Shown here in pieces: positions 1 to 12,400 of a stretch of 64,000 nt of DNA; position 1 is the stretch's first letter; the number at the start of each line of letters is the position of its first letter. The notes under the pieces were generated by a model, which was given only the letters and a program-made list of their open reading frames with translations, made no database searches and was not told the DNA's origin. The stretch is from the human T2T-CHM13v2.0 reference genome, Homo sapiens. The DNA lies in NCBI RefSeq assembly GCF_009914755.1, contig NC_060939.1; one strand, written 5' to 3'. The translations under genes and the position numbers were made by a program.

Positions 1-409
1 ATATGATGACATTTTATGTTACTACAGGACATAATGTCCAGGAAACAAAGGAATAGGAATTCTGTTTTTTGGTTACTGCCTTGGTTGAACATTAAAATTA
101 GCATTGTTCTGTGCACTACCTTTGTTAATAAAAGTCCTAAGGAAGTTGTAATCATGGACATGTAGGACATTTGGGAAGTTTTGTGTAATGCAATAACTGA
201 ATGATTAGGGCAGGAGAAGGAATAATTACCAAATCCTTAATTTCTAGGCTGGTGGTAGCCTTGATTTTACTTTTTGCAATTATATGTTTCAGAGAACATT
301 GTTTAAACCATAGTGTTCAGATTTCTGTATTAAGATAAAAAAAGGGAAATTACATCTAGATGAGAATTGTAAGTAAGCATTAACTGTGAGTTATCATTTT
401 CCTTACATT

Positions 410-555
410 ATCTCATTTGACTACTCAAACAATCTTACGAGATAGGTATTATCTCCATTGTTCAGATGAAAAGGTAGTCATAGAGATTAAATATTTATTA
501 AAAGTCACACAACTAGTAAGCAGAAGTTGTGTGAACCTAGCTCTGTGGATGCAAA
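410..555 (-). mobile_element. MIR SINE fragment
   Basis: Degenerate reverse MIR core: ccattgttcagatgaaaa...aagtcacacaactagtaagcagaag. Confidence 0.7.
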
Positions 556-2357
556 ATAATGTACTGCTTTGCAAGACCTGTAGCATAATTTACTTATGTT
601 CTATATGTGGGTAAAATTGTTACATTATCACTGGTAAAATACAAAACCAAATATAAAGAATAATTGCATTTTGATTTTTGGACCTGCCAAGACATACATC
701 CTCAAACTCTTTTGCATCAGAAATGCCTGGGAGAATTGTTTTGTTTGTTTTGTAATTAAAATGCACCCTATTGTCTCTTCTTCCTTGATGATTGCCAAAA
801 ATTATAGTTTAAAAATACAACGAGGTGATATGAACATGTTTGAATGTTACCATTATATTTTTATTACACGTAAACAATACATTGTGTTTCCAAAATAATA
901 TACTCTAGAAAGTAAACTTTTCTTTCTTCTTTCCCATAAGTGACATCCTTCTGATATGCAGAGACTTTTAACTTGGGTACCAAACCATAATGGTACAAAT
1001 AGAGGTATTTCAAGAAGTTGCTAAAATTGTTACATTGTAGAGCAGAATCTGATTTTGTGTACATGTTCCTACAGAAAATTCAGAACACATCTTAACCCCG
1101 TTATTCTTATTGTGTCACTTTAAAAGTTAGAGAATTGGTTTAGTAACAAACCTAGAAGTTTCCATCATATCCTCTTAAGCATCTGTGGTTCTTGCACTCA
1201 GCCATCTCAGCATGCTCATGCCAAAGCTCAAGACACGAGATCCTTCCAAATATGAAGAGTAAAATGAGGCTTATCACCTTCGTAAAGATTAATTATTTTT
1301 CAACCAATAAAACAGACTTTTTCTTTATCTAATGGGCTTCATCCATCATAGTACATGATAGATAGTTAATACTTTACTTTCAGGGAAACTGCAGCTTAGA
1401 GCAGTTTTACTAGTTCAGTTCAGACAGTGGTTTACCTCTAAACTTCTATAGCTAGGGCTAATAGTGTCTGATGAGCTCATCTGCCTGGAGAAAGAAAGAA
1501 CAGACATAAGAAAGTGCTACCCCAAATACTTAAAATTGCCTTGCTGTGGATTTGAAACAACACAGGTTGTAAAAGCACAAAGTGCCAGACAGCTTACATA
1601 CATCTTTTAGCACATTTCAAAGACAAAACAACATGTGCGGAATCAAAGGCAGGAAAATCATTATGTAAAATATCACCTTTCCCCAGTAAATGTTTTCTAT
1701 TGAACTGCTGAAAATTCTTCTCAGTAAGGAAGATAGAAAGCCAGGGCAACCCCTCTGCAGGCACAGCAGAGTGAGGTCCACCCAAAAATTCTCCACTGCC
1801 ATGGGCTGCAACCTTAAGACCCTGCATGACTTGTTAGAGATTTAGATTTATCTGGCTCTCTAGTGTCTTATTGCATAATTTCCATTACTTTATTACCCAC
1901 CATTCGCCCTTCAATAGTTCTTTTCATGTGTTTTTTGTTGTGGCTTTGCTTATGTGGGACAGTCCATGTTACAAGTTTTCTCTATTATTTATATATGAAA
2001 GTCTCCTCATGAAAACACCATCATATATAGCAAAGCAAACTATATTAGAATTCCATAATAACATGGCTTTGTATAAATTCTGATACCCTCTTGGTCATAG
2101 TTATTCATAGGTCAAATGAAACAATGAACTAATTACACATTGATATACTAGACTGAGGCTGTGTTTCAACCAGGTTGACCTTGTCTGGGGAATACATGCA
2201 ATCAGGGGCATGTAAGTCCCCTCTGAAATACAACTGAAGACGGTATGATCACCAATGATTGGAAAGGTAGGATCACTGGGAGAAGTCAAGGTTGAGTCTT
2301 GGATGTTACAACTAATGTCTATGATTTCCATAGTTCAGAATAAAACCAAGGATAGCG

Positions 2358-2640
2358 TATCAATCAGGACAACAATAGTCACTCCAGATAGGAGGAATTT
2401 TAATAGAGGGAGGTGCTGAGAAGCCAAACAAATGATAATAAGGCAACCCAGACATTACAGTAGCAAAAAGCCACTATCATCCCTATGTTTGAGAGTTAAA
2501 GGGAAAAGACTGTTATTGGATTGCCTGGCTCTGGGGCCACAGACAGAAGCCAAAACCATTTCAGGTCTGCCTGTCAGTAGCTTGAACCAGTAAGCAAAGG
2601 ACACCTATCCAGATTTGCAGCCATAGAAGAGGTTGAAACC
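2358..2640 (-). mobile_element. ERVL solo LTR fragment, LTR41-like
   Basis: aggcaacccagacattacagtagcaaaaagccactatcatcccta...aaagggaaaag resembles recalled LTR41-family consensus; boundaries approximate. Confidence 0.45.
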
Positions 2641-3048
2641 TGAGACTATCTGGTTTAAATTAACCTTTCTTGTTACTGGCAGCTACTAATAGATTGCACT
2701 TAATCAACTATCGCATCTCTCATAGAGAAGGAGTCATGACCATGTTTTCCTTATTTATTATGCCATCGTGCAGCGGAGAGTGACCCAGAGGTTTATTCTT
2801 CTTATGTGACAAGACTGATGAAATCAATCTCACACCATTTTACACTTGTATCTATTGTAATTTTTATACATATTAAAATAAATACCACACACCTGAATTA
2901 GGGTAAATGGCTTGCTTATTCGTCCTCTGAGGTGGGCTTTTGTTTTTCCTTACTAGAAAGTCTGAGCGTGTTTCGTTTCTCATATTTGTTTAAATAAAAA
3001 AGAAATTTTAATGATACCATGAATCCTCATGATCAGGGAAGAACGATG

Positions 3049-3550
3049 TGTCAGTTCACCTGATGACCTCACCAGCAAGTAACAGAAAACAAGCAAAATG
3101 ACTCATACAATGAGGGCTTTGTTATCTTTATTGTCTGACAAGTCCTGTTGTATGTTCCAAGATCACTGAATTCAAGGGCTCAATGAATGGCTCAGGGATC
3201 CATTCCATTTCCACATTTTGTTCTGCCATCTTTGGAATGTTCGTGTTTGTCCTTACGTGGCCCCTCACATCCCCAAGTTACTCCAACCTTATATCCTCAA
3301 CAATAACTTCCAGAGGTGAGAAGATAGACCATCTCTTCCTTATGTTCTTTCATAAAAGTCAGAAAAACTGTACTAGAAATCCACCCCAGACTTCCCCTCA
3401 CATTTTACTGGACAGAATGACATTACATCATGGACAAGAGAATGGAATTTACATGAGTCATTTCAACCAGAGTTGATATGCACCTTCAGCTGAGAAGGGA
3501 CTTAGTCTCCTTTGAAGGATATGGCCTACCAAGACTTGAACAAAATCAAC
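3049..3550 (-). mobile_element. Old MaLR LTR (MLT1J/K/L-like)
   Basis: gcaagtaacagaaaac start, ttctgccatctttgg, ccagacttcccctcacattttactggacagaa motifs typical of reversed MLT1J-L. Confidence 0.6.
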
Positions 3551-3564
3551 TCTTACACAGCACT

Positions 3565-4100
3565 TACAACAAGGGAGGCACTATTCTAAGAGTTATTAAA
3601 CATACATAAAGAGATATAGAAATGTGTATTAAATCATTTAATACAAAAATTATATGAGGTGGTTATTATCTATAACTTATCAAGATATTAAGTAACTTAA
3701 GGGCCAGGCACAGCGGCTCATGCCTATAATCCCAGTACTTTGGGAGGCAGTGGTGGGAAGATGGGTTGAGGCCAGGAGTTTGAGTCCATCCTGGGCAACA
3801 TAGTGAAACCCCATATCTACAAAAAAAATTAAAAATTAACCAGGTGTGATTGTGTGGACCTGTAGTTCTAGCTACTCAAGAGGCTGAACCTGGAGGATCC
3901 TTCGAACCCAAGAGTTTGAGGGTGCAGTGAGCTATGGACATGCCAAAGCACTTCACCCTTGGTGAGACAGCAAGATAACCTTGTATTAAATAAATAAATA
4001 AATAAATAAATTAATTAATTAATTAAGGTCACACTGTTATTCAGTAGTGACAGCAGGGTTGTAACTCAGGTGATCTGGCCCCAGAGTTGTTGCCTTTAAG
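3565..4100 (-). mobile_element. MIR interrupted by AluJ
   Basis: MIR core ttaagtaactt...aaggtcacac is split by the Alu at 3702; continues gtaactcaggtgatctggccccagag. Confidence 0.65.
3702..4025 (+). mobile_element. AluJ-type SINE with (TAAA)n/(TTAA)n tail
   Basis: ggccaggcacagcggctcatgcctataatcccag start, dimeric body, J-type ggaggatcccttcgaacccaagagtttgag, tail taaataaa...ttaattaattaa. Confidence 0.92.
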
Positions 4101-4194
4101 ATGAATACCAGGTTGCCTCTGTGGAATAGTGTGTATGTGAGGGAGTAGGATGTATGGTTGTTAGATAGACAACTACAATCTTTTCTCACAACAG

Positions 4195-4345
4195 ACAGAG
4201 CCTGTCATTAAGTAGGCACTCAGAAATGTTCATGGAATAAGCAAAAAAAAAAAAAAGAAGAAGAATGAATGAATGAATATACCCTTTGATAGCCTCCAAT
4301 ACAGTGTCTTGTATGTAATAGTCATTCAGTGGTTGCTTAGTTGAT
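4195..4345 (+). mobile_element. L2 LINE 3' tail fragments
   Basis: aagtaggcactcagaaatgttc...gaatgaatgaatgaat matches the L2 3' end. Confidence 0.6.
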
Positions 4346-5652
4346 GGTGTCTCATTGTGTGTCTATTGCAGCACAATTTAAGTAGAGAATTTAGGATATG
4401 CTACAAACTGGTCTATCATTTTCCTTAAGATAAATGAGGGGTAATGCTCAGAGAGAGGGCAGTTACCCATGACTGAAGTGGGAGAGACTGACATTCAGGA
4501 GTTTGATTTGGGAAACCCTAGAATTCTAGGAAGTGATTGCTGTTTATAAAAATGCAAATTGGTCCTGTTTAAACTTGTCATTATAGAAAAACCTAGCAAG
4601 GCTCATATCCTATGCTAAACTCCGCTACAATCTCTATCCAGAAGATGTCTGACCATTTTATATTGTTTTCCAACCCTTTCTTGGTTTGTTCGCTGGAGAG
4701 AATCCATCTCATTTACCACAACTCCAAAATCCCCCTGTGTGGAACACAAGACACATCTATGTCCTGCTCACATTGTTTTCTTGAGAGCAGAGAGATGTCA
4801 ATTGGCTTGGTCCTCTTTTATATGCAATTAGATACAGCTATCATATATTACCTTGTGACAGATATGCATTGTCTCATTCAATATTAAGTAGGGATCCACA
4901 TGTAGCCATCCACAGTCGTAGACCTGGATATATCTTGTTTCTACTTGGAGAAATTCAATGAATGGCAACATGGATTTACAAATCAATATTAAGAGGTAAT
5001 TATTCTGCTTACAAATAAATTTGTCAGCTTCCACATCTGTTAGCAGGTCAGAGATTATTTGAGTTCACATTAGAGTGAAATACATAGAAAAGAAACTTAA
5101 AGTTTGTATATTATAGAAGATCATTAGGAAATGCCTTCCTTTGACTCTAGAGCCAAAGGACTAATCTAACAATCAATGTCATCAATAACTTTCTCTACAG
5201 TATTTAATGTCAATTATTGATTCCCAGAAAAGCAAACCCTGTTCAAAATGTGTTATTTTGATTTATAAGCAATTCATTCACCATATTATTCTCCCTGACC
5301 CGCAGTAAGCAAATAGGCATCAAGCTCATGGTTTCCTAGTTATTAAGAATGATAATGTCTCTTACAGATTATCCAATCCAGACCTCTTGTTATATAGACA
5401 CAGTTAGAAGGCCCAGTTACTATCCCAAGGCTACATAGCTAATAAAATATACAGCCAGAAGGAGAATTTTGGTCTAGAGCTCTTTCCTGTCCTCACAATT
5501 AAATAATCAATTTCTTTACATGTCAAAGTCACTACATCTTACAGTTCAGTGCTTACATAACTTTATACCATGCCTTAAATAATATTCCCAAAATACTTAT
5601 TTGTATTCTTTATATCTGCTTTGATTCCAGAGTACAGAGAGCTCTTGGAGGA

Positions 5653-6221
5653 TGTGATAGATCATATTTTCCAAAGATGGTCACAATATAATTTGCTACT
5701 TTACACACTCTTCTTCATTGTGATTTTGTCCTTACACCATTAGAAGTTTATTTTTCCAACCACTTTGAATCTGAGTAGGCCATGTGATTGCTCTATTCAA
5801 TAATATACAACTGAGGTTCTGCATATGGCCCTTAAGTAGCCCAGCAACTCCTGATCCCTACATTTTGGAATATTTGCTCATAGGACATTTCTTCCAAGAA
5901 CCCAGTCTCTGCAGTGAGAAGCAGGAACCATACAACAAAGCCGTGATTAGCTGCTCCAGCCTAGCTAAGCTTTCAAAAACTGACAGCTAGTATCAACTAC
6001 CAGACATGTAAGCGTACCATATTGAACTTCTAGCCCAGCTGAGCTTTTGGGTGACTGCAGGCCTAGATGACAGCTGCCTGTAAGTGCTTGAGAGACCTCA
6101 GGTGAAAACCAACCAGTTGGGCACAATCAACCCCCTGGCCTTAAGAAATATTAAATAAGTTTTGTCTTAATTGCCTGAAGTTTTAAGGTGGTTTGTTAGA
6201 CAGCAGTAGACAACTGGAACA
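5653..6221 (+). mobile_element. MaLR solo LTR (MLT1G/H-like)
   Basis: TG...CA ends; ccaaagatggtcacaa 5' motif; ttttaaggtggtttgttagacagcagtagacaactggaaca 3' end. Confidence 0.8.
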
Positions 6222-6902
6222 CAGCACTAGACAGGAGTTAGCAGTTGTGACTGCCCACAGATTCATGACATCGAGCCTCAGATGCACTCTCACCTCTGCC
6301 AAGCAAGCCTCTACTTCAAGCCTCACTGACTCTCATACGTACTGCTTACCTTGACAGATCCAGCTCTCCCACTCTTCCTATTAGCAAAACCTGTCAGGTT
6401 TGAAACTGATGTCTGGGTATGTGGAATTTTCAACAGAAATTCTAGGAAACTTCAACACTTCTTAACATAGAAAAAGAATGCTGTGTTTTTCCATATGGGT
6501 ATCTCCCTTAGGTAACAAGGCTCAACAGAGGTCATAAAGCCCAAGAGCAAGTTAGATATAATGTTGACCTTTCCAGAAAGCACAGAGCTAAATTTAATAC
6601 TCAACCTGGTAACTATTTCAGCCTGGAGGGACATTATATTTGCTTCCTCTTCTGCAGGGTTCTGATATTTATACATTTTTTACTTTAACAGCCTTATTGT
6701 ATACATGTGATAATTTCTAAATCTTCTTGGAAGCAGGCAGGGTCTAAACTACAAACAAATAATATTAAATCCCTTCCCCAGAACCTGCTGGTCTGGTCCT
6801 CTCCAAAATATGTGAGAGACATTTTGCTCTTTTCATTTAGCGTAGCGTCCCCAAAGCACAGAAGTTGTCCCAGTGGCAGAACATGAGAAGATTTAAGGTA
6901 GA

Positions 6903-7095
6903 CCAGGGGTTACTAAATTTTTAATTTTCATAGTTATGTGTTTATTTTAGTATATATTAGAAAATATAAAACTAGTATATCACATATATTGTTATACAGG
7001 GTAAGGCTAATTTAAATAAAAATGTTAAATTAATAATACTTTGTGGATATGAACCAAACCATAAAAGTAATAGACAAATAATTGAGAAACACTAA
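6903..7095. mobile_element. Possible non-autonomous hAT-Charlie element (MER112/113-like)
   Basis: caggggttactaaa...ttgagaaacact termini resemble Charlie-type TIRs; interior AT-rich. Confidence 0.35.
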
Positions 7096-9603
7096 TTTGA
7101 AATTTCTGAAAGGGTTCTGGGTTCCCTTCTCTTTCTAGTGGATCATTGTTGGGTAGTTGCGACTTTCTGGCTGATTGATTTTCTGCCTTCTTTTTGAGTC
7201 AGCAAGCTATTCCTTGCCACAGTTGAAACTCATATAACATGTGTCTTTCTATATCTCATTTCATCAGCAAACCTAATTCACATATTTTCCCATGATCATA
7301 GGTGCTTACCAAGGCCATTTCAGCAAATCTCCATGAACTAAAGAGCTGCCTTCTGAAGATGCTGATGGTGGTCAGATGATTCCCAGAGCTTGGCAGCACA
7401 GGGTTGGGTTTCCAGACTGTGCTCAGCCAAACAGAGAACTCTACCTGACACAGAGGCATTGCTCTCTTCTCCCATCCCTTTGCCTCCTCAGCTATAGTTT
7501 CATCTTCACATTCTGCAAATGACCCAGTGATTATACATACCAGTCCCCTGACTCCACTGCTAGGTAGTAACCACCATCGTTTTCTTTGTTGCTACATCTT
7601 CATCTACCACTGACCCCTTCACCTTACAAATTTTATGGTAGAGTTCTAAATAGTATACTAACACTTCCTGCAAAGCTACTATTTGTGTGACTTACATAAA
7701 TAAATTTCAATTGAAAATGAGTCTGGAGACATCTCTAAAAAGATAGCTTTTTCTGTCCTTTGATCAATGGGGAAATGGACTGTTTCCATTTCTGAACTTC
7801 AAGTACTGCTTAGGAAAGTGTGCCTCTTCAATCTTAACATCAAATAAGCTATGCCCCATATGCCAGATCAAGATCCACAGGCACATGCCCCGGTCTTGGA
7901 TGCTTCACAGACTTCCTCATTTAAGACCTTTGAATTTACCGCCTGCTCTGGAGACACAGTTCTCATCAATTCCCATTTATTAGTAGGTGCGTAAAAGGAG
8001 GCACATTCTGACATGCAATAAAAAGCAAACCTAATGAGCAAATGGCAGTGAACTTGAGGGGCACTTTAAGAGAAGGTCTATCAGTATTCATAACTCTGAC
8101 ACACCATAAAAGACACTTTAGTGCAACAAAAATGTGTCAGAAAAGATATTGAGTTAACTGAAGGGGGAATTTTCTGGTAAAACACATAAGAGCACCCATT
8201 TCAACTGATCTGAACTATTAATATATTTTCTTCTTTACTGACAACTCATTTACCAAGTGTCAGATGAATGGTATTGGAGACAGCACTGATATTAACTCCC
8301 AAATGAAGTTCTATAACAATGAAAGGTACATAAGTATTCCACCCTAGCATCTTCTCTATAATTAATGCCCTTGGCCTTGCCTAGACAGCTAATGCCACTC
8401 AAAAATTAGAAGAATCATCTTTGGAAATAATTCTTATCATTATATAAATGGCACATTATAGTTTCTTTATTTTTCATCCAACTCATTTTTTACATGATAC
8501 AGACAAAAGTTAGAGGACATCTTCAGATTCTTAAGGCAACTTAATCTCAATATTTCAAAGCAATACATAAACATCAAATTTGTTGTTTAAGCGTTCTTCC
8601 TCAAAGGAGTCTCTTAAATTCAACTAAACAAAAAACCCAAAGCCAATGAATGAAGTCAAGGCAAAACCTCTGCATCTAACACCATGGAGGGAGAAATGTA
8701 TAATCACAGTATACTTATTAATACAGTGATAAGCATGGTCAATAAATGTAAGCTTTCCCTAAATCATATTGGTATGCTATTTATATAAAATAATGGGGGA
8801 GCTATCTTTTTATCTTCTTTTTTAATAATGGAATTCCAATTAACTTTTTTGTCCTTGATTTATACATCTATATTTTTATGTTACTCTTTAAAACCATATA
8901 TACATGAAGGCTGCACATTATGAAAGTTAATGGTAATATTCAAAGAACAGAATATAGTTTTCAAAGGCAACATAAAGAACAAACCTAATAAGTACATACC
9001 GTGAGTTTTACTGCCACAGCATCAGACTCCATTCTTAATAGCTTTCCTGTAAGATTTCCACAGGTGGCAATATGGATTATGGAAGAGCAGCATATTTCTA
9101 AGACTATTATCTCTTTTCAACTCTGTCATTTTTAATGAAAATACAGTTAATGAAGGTAATGTGATTAAACATTGGGCTTTGTCAAGTGAAATATAGAGGG
9201 AAGAAAAGCAAATGGGGGAAAGTAAATAATTCTACAGCCATTGGCCAGGGTCCAAGACCTCCTTAAACTCTCTTTACAGCAGAAACACAAGAGACGACAA
9301 TTTTTCCTGCATTATATTTTTACATTCACTATCAATTTTCTGTGACAGTCATGAGGCCACTTTATCCAAAAAGTTGCAAAATATTGACATAAGAGTTTCA
9401 CTGGATAATTTCAGGTCAAACTAAGTTAGTTTATTTGCTTTCTCACTAGCTTAGTAGTGGAGACATGTTTTAAGTGATCACAAATCTGTGACTTTTCATC
9501 TGTAAGCTATATTATTAAGTGCTCCAGTAAAAATATGCAAAACTCAAAGTATGTAAGAAAACATTGTCATTACTTCCAATATTCTTTGTGATATTACTTC
9601 GTT

Positions 9604-10630
9604 TATTCATTCATCCATTCATGCATTCATTCATCGTTCAGTAATAATTTGTTGAGCACCTAACATGGGTCTGTTCCTCTGCCAGGACCCTGGGACTCCA
9701 AAGATTAAGATTAAAAGATGTGCCTCCTGTCCTTGGGCATTTTATATTCTATAGGGGAAATTGAGCAGTAAAAGATGTTCTTAATACAATGTGGTAAGTA
9801 CAATGTTAGTGCCTGGCCAGGGTGCTGAGCTGGCGTGTGCGGATATGCCTTAGTCAGTTTGAGTTACTGTAACAGAATACCATAGACAGGATGGCTTGAA
9901 CAAGAGACATTTATTTCTCACAGTTCTGGAGGCTGAAGTCTGCGATGAGCATGTCAGCATGATTGAGTTCTTGGTTAGGGCCCTCCTCCTGGTTCACAGA
10001 TGGCTGTCTGCTCTCTGAATCAACACACAGCAGAGAGAAAGAGCTCTGTTCCTCGCACTGCCTTATCAGGGATCTAATTCCATCACCGGGGCTCCACCAT
10101 CATGACCTTATCTGATTCTAATTACCTCCCACAGGCTCCATTTCCAAATACCATCACACTGGGAATTAAGGTTTTAACATGAATTTTGGGGAGACAGAAA
10201 CATTCAGTCTGTAGCAAGATATGTGGGAGTGGAGCAGTAGGGTAAGGGGAGTCAGCAGTGAAGGACTATGGAGGAGAGGTCTGAACACAGCTTACAAGGA
10301 TAAGCAGGAAATATTGTCATATAATGGACATTCAGAAGAGGAATACCATCCAGCAAGAGACTGCAAATGAGTACTTATGTAGGTGGAATAAAAAGCAAAG
10401 CAGAGATTGAAGTCAGGGAAAGAACAAATGTTGAGAGTAGGGAATTTTATCCCTATTTCATAGGAAAAGATAGCAAGGACCCAGTGCACTTTCTTAACAG
10501 ATAATTTGTAGAACTGGGGTTTGAGCTTGTGAGTGAAATGGTGAGTTTGGCTGTGGATCTCTCTCTCAGACAGCAGTGGGCAGCCATATGAGATATCAAA
10601 TGTCTAGTTAAAATTATGTGTCTGAGAAAT
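9604..10630 (-). mobile_element. L2 (L2c-like) interrupted by MLT1A
   Basis: (TTCA)n tail then aatttgttgagcacctaacatg; resumes after 10216. Confidence 0.65.
9846..10216 (-). mobile_element. MLT1A0-like solo LTR
   Basis: tgccttagtcagttt...atttatttctcacagttctggaggctg...cattcagtctgtagca; 5-bp TSD ggata/agata. Confidence 0.88.
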
Positions 10631-10649
10631 GTAGATTTAATTCCTTATT

Positions 10650-12400
10650 TGCTTATTCATTTATTTTCCAGGCACTCAAACTGTTCTAGAGGTTGCATCA
10701 GTAGACACAGAACACAGATCCAAATCCTTGTGCTCACGGAGTTTGTATTCCAGTGGTGATAGTGTAAGGCGGGGTAGAATATATTAAACAGGTGATCATT
10801 TAAAATATTAAAAGTATGAATGGTTGTCAGTGTTATTGAGAAACTGAAGCAGATGACAGGGATGGTGGCACTACAGTTTTGAATTGGTGGCCTGTAAAGG
10901 CCTTAATGAGACGACACTTGTATAAAGAAGATAAAGTGAGTCATGTGAATATCTAAGGAAAAGTGTGGTAGAAGGAATGAACAGCATGTGAAAAGGCCCT
11001 GAAGCTGGAAAATGCCTGGCACGTTTGAGAAAGGGAAGAAGAGCAGTGAGGTTAGAGCAGAATGTGGAAGAAATTAGCAGGACGTGAAGAGTGAGCCAGA
11101 TCATCCAGGGCCTTGTTGGCTATTGTGAATGCTTTGGCTTTGATTCTGACTGAGATGGGAAACCATTATAGAGTTTTGAGCAGAGGTATAATATGATCTC
11201 TTATATTTTTGCTGGATCATGTTGTAGGCCATGTTGGAATAGACTGAATGAGGAAAGGACAGAAGTAGAAAAATCAGTGGGGAGGCCATCCTGATAATCC
11301 TGGAGAGAGATGATGGTGGTTGAACAAGGTAGTACAGGTAGAAGAAGGAAGAAGCGATTAGATTCAAGATGTATTTGAAGAAGAACCGACAAAATTTGCT
11401 AATGAATTAGATGTGGCATGCGACCACAATGAAAGAGGTGACAATGACTCCAAGGTTTTTGGCATGGAGCAAATGGAAAGCTAGAGTTTTTACTAACTGA
11501 GATGGAGTGAGGGGTTTAAGAAGATAAGAAACTTGGTTTTGACATCATGTGTTCTCATAAATGGGACCTAAGCTATGAGGGCCCCAAAGCATAGGAATGA
11601 TATAATGGACTTTGGGGACTCAGGGAGAAGGGTGTGAGGGGGTGAGTGATAAAAGACTACACATTGGGTACAGGTTACACTGCTCGGGTGACAGGTGCAC
11701 CAAAATCTCAGAAATCACCACTAAAGAACTTACCTATGTAACCAAAAACCACCTGTTTCCAAAAAACTGTTGAAATTTAAAAAAAAATTGTCAACAACAA
11801 CAGAAAAGAAACTTGTTTTGAAAATGTGAGACTGAGATCAATATTGGACTCAAGTGGAGTCCAATATCTGTAATAGTTGGCATATGAGTCTAGAGTTCAG
11901 ATAACAGTGTTTAGGTGATACTTAATCATTGTTATAGAACGAGATCCCCAAAAGTAGAGTTGATATGAAAGAGACAAAGTTCACTGAGTGAGCCCTCAGA
12001 CGCTTAACAGTTAAGAAAGCTGGGAGGTGAAAAAGGACCTGGAAAGGAGGCTGAGAAGAAACAACTAAAGCAGTGGGAGGAAACCCAGGAGAGTATAACC
12101 TCCCAAAACAGAGGGAAGTATTCCAAGAAAGAGGAAGTGGTTCTTTGTCAAATGCTGATAGGTTAAGAAAGATGAAAAATTATTGACCTGTGGATTTATC
12201 AAGTGAGGTCTTTTGGGAGTCATTAGTAGATGAGTGATGCCAGAAGCCAGTTTGAAAATTAGTCCGAAAATTAGATAGTTTCAAATGATTGGTAGAAGCA
12301 GAAATCAGTTTATAGGGAATTGAGTGAAAAGGTGGCAAGAAATTAACAGACGTAGACTATTCTTTCCAGAAGCTTGATTATAAGGCAAATAAAAATATAG
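10650..12400 (-). mobile_element. L2a LINE tract interrupted by an L1 3' end
   Basis: aaaggccctgaagctggaaaatgcctggcacgtttgag, gagttttgagcagagg, aatgactccaaggtttttggc are reverse L2a motifs. Confidence 0.8.
11543..11805 (+). mobile_element. 5'-truncated L1PB-type 3' end with TSD
   Basis: gataaaagactacacattgggtacagg...caccaaaatctcagaaatcaccactaaagaactta; A tail; TSD aagaaacttggttttga (11526-11542) / aagaaacttgttttga (11806-11821). Confidence 0.88.
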
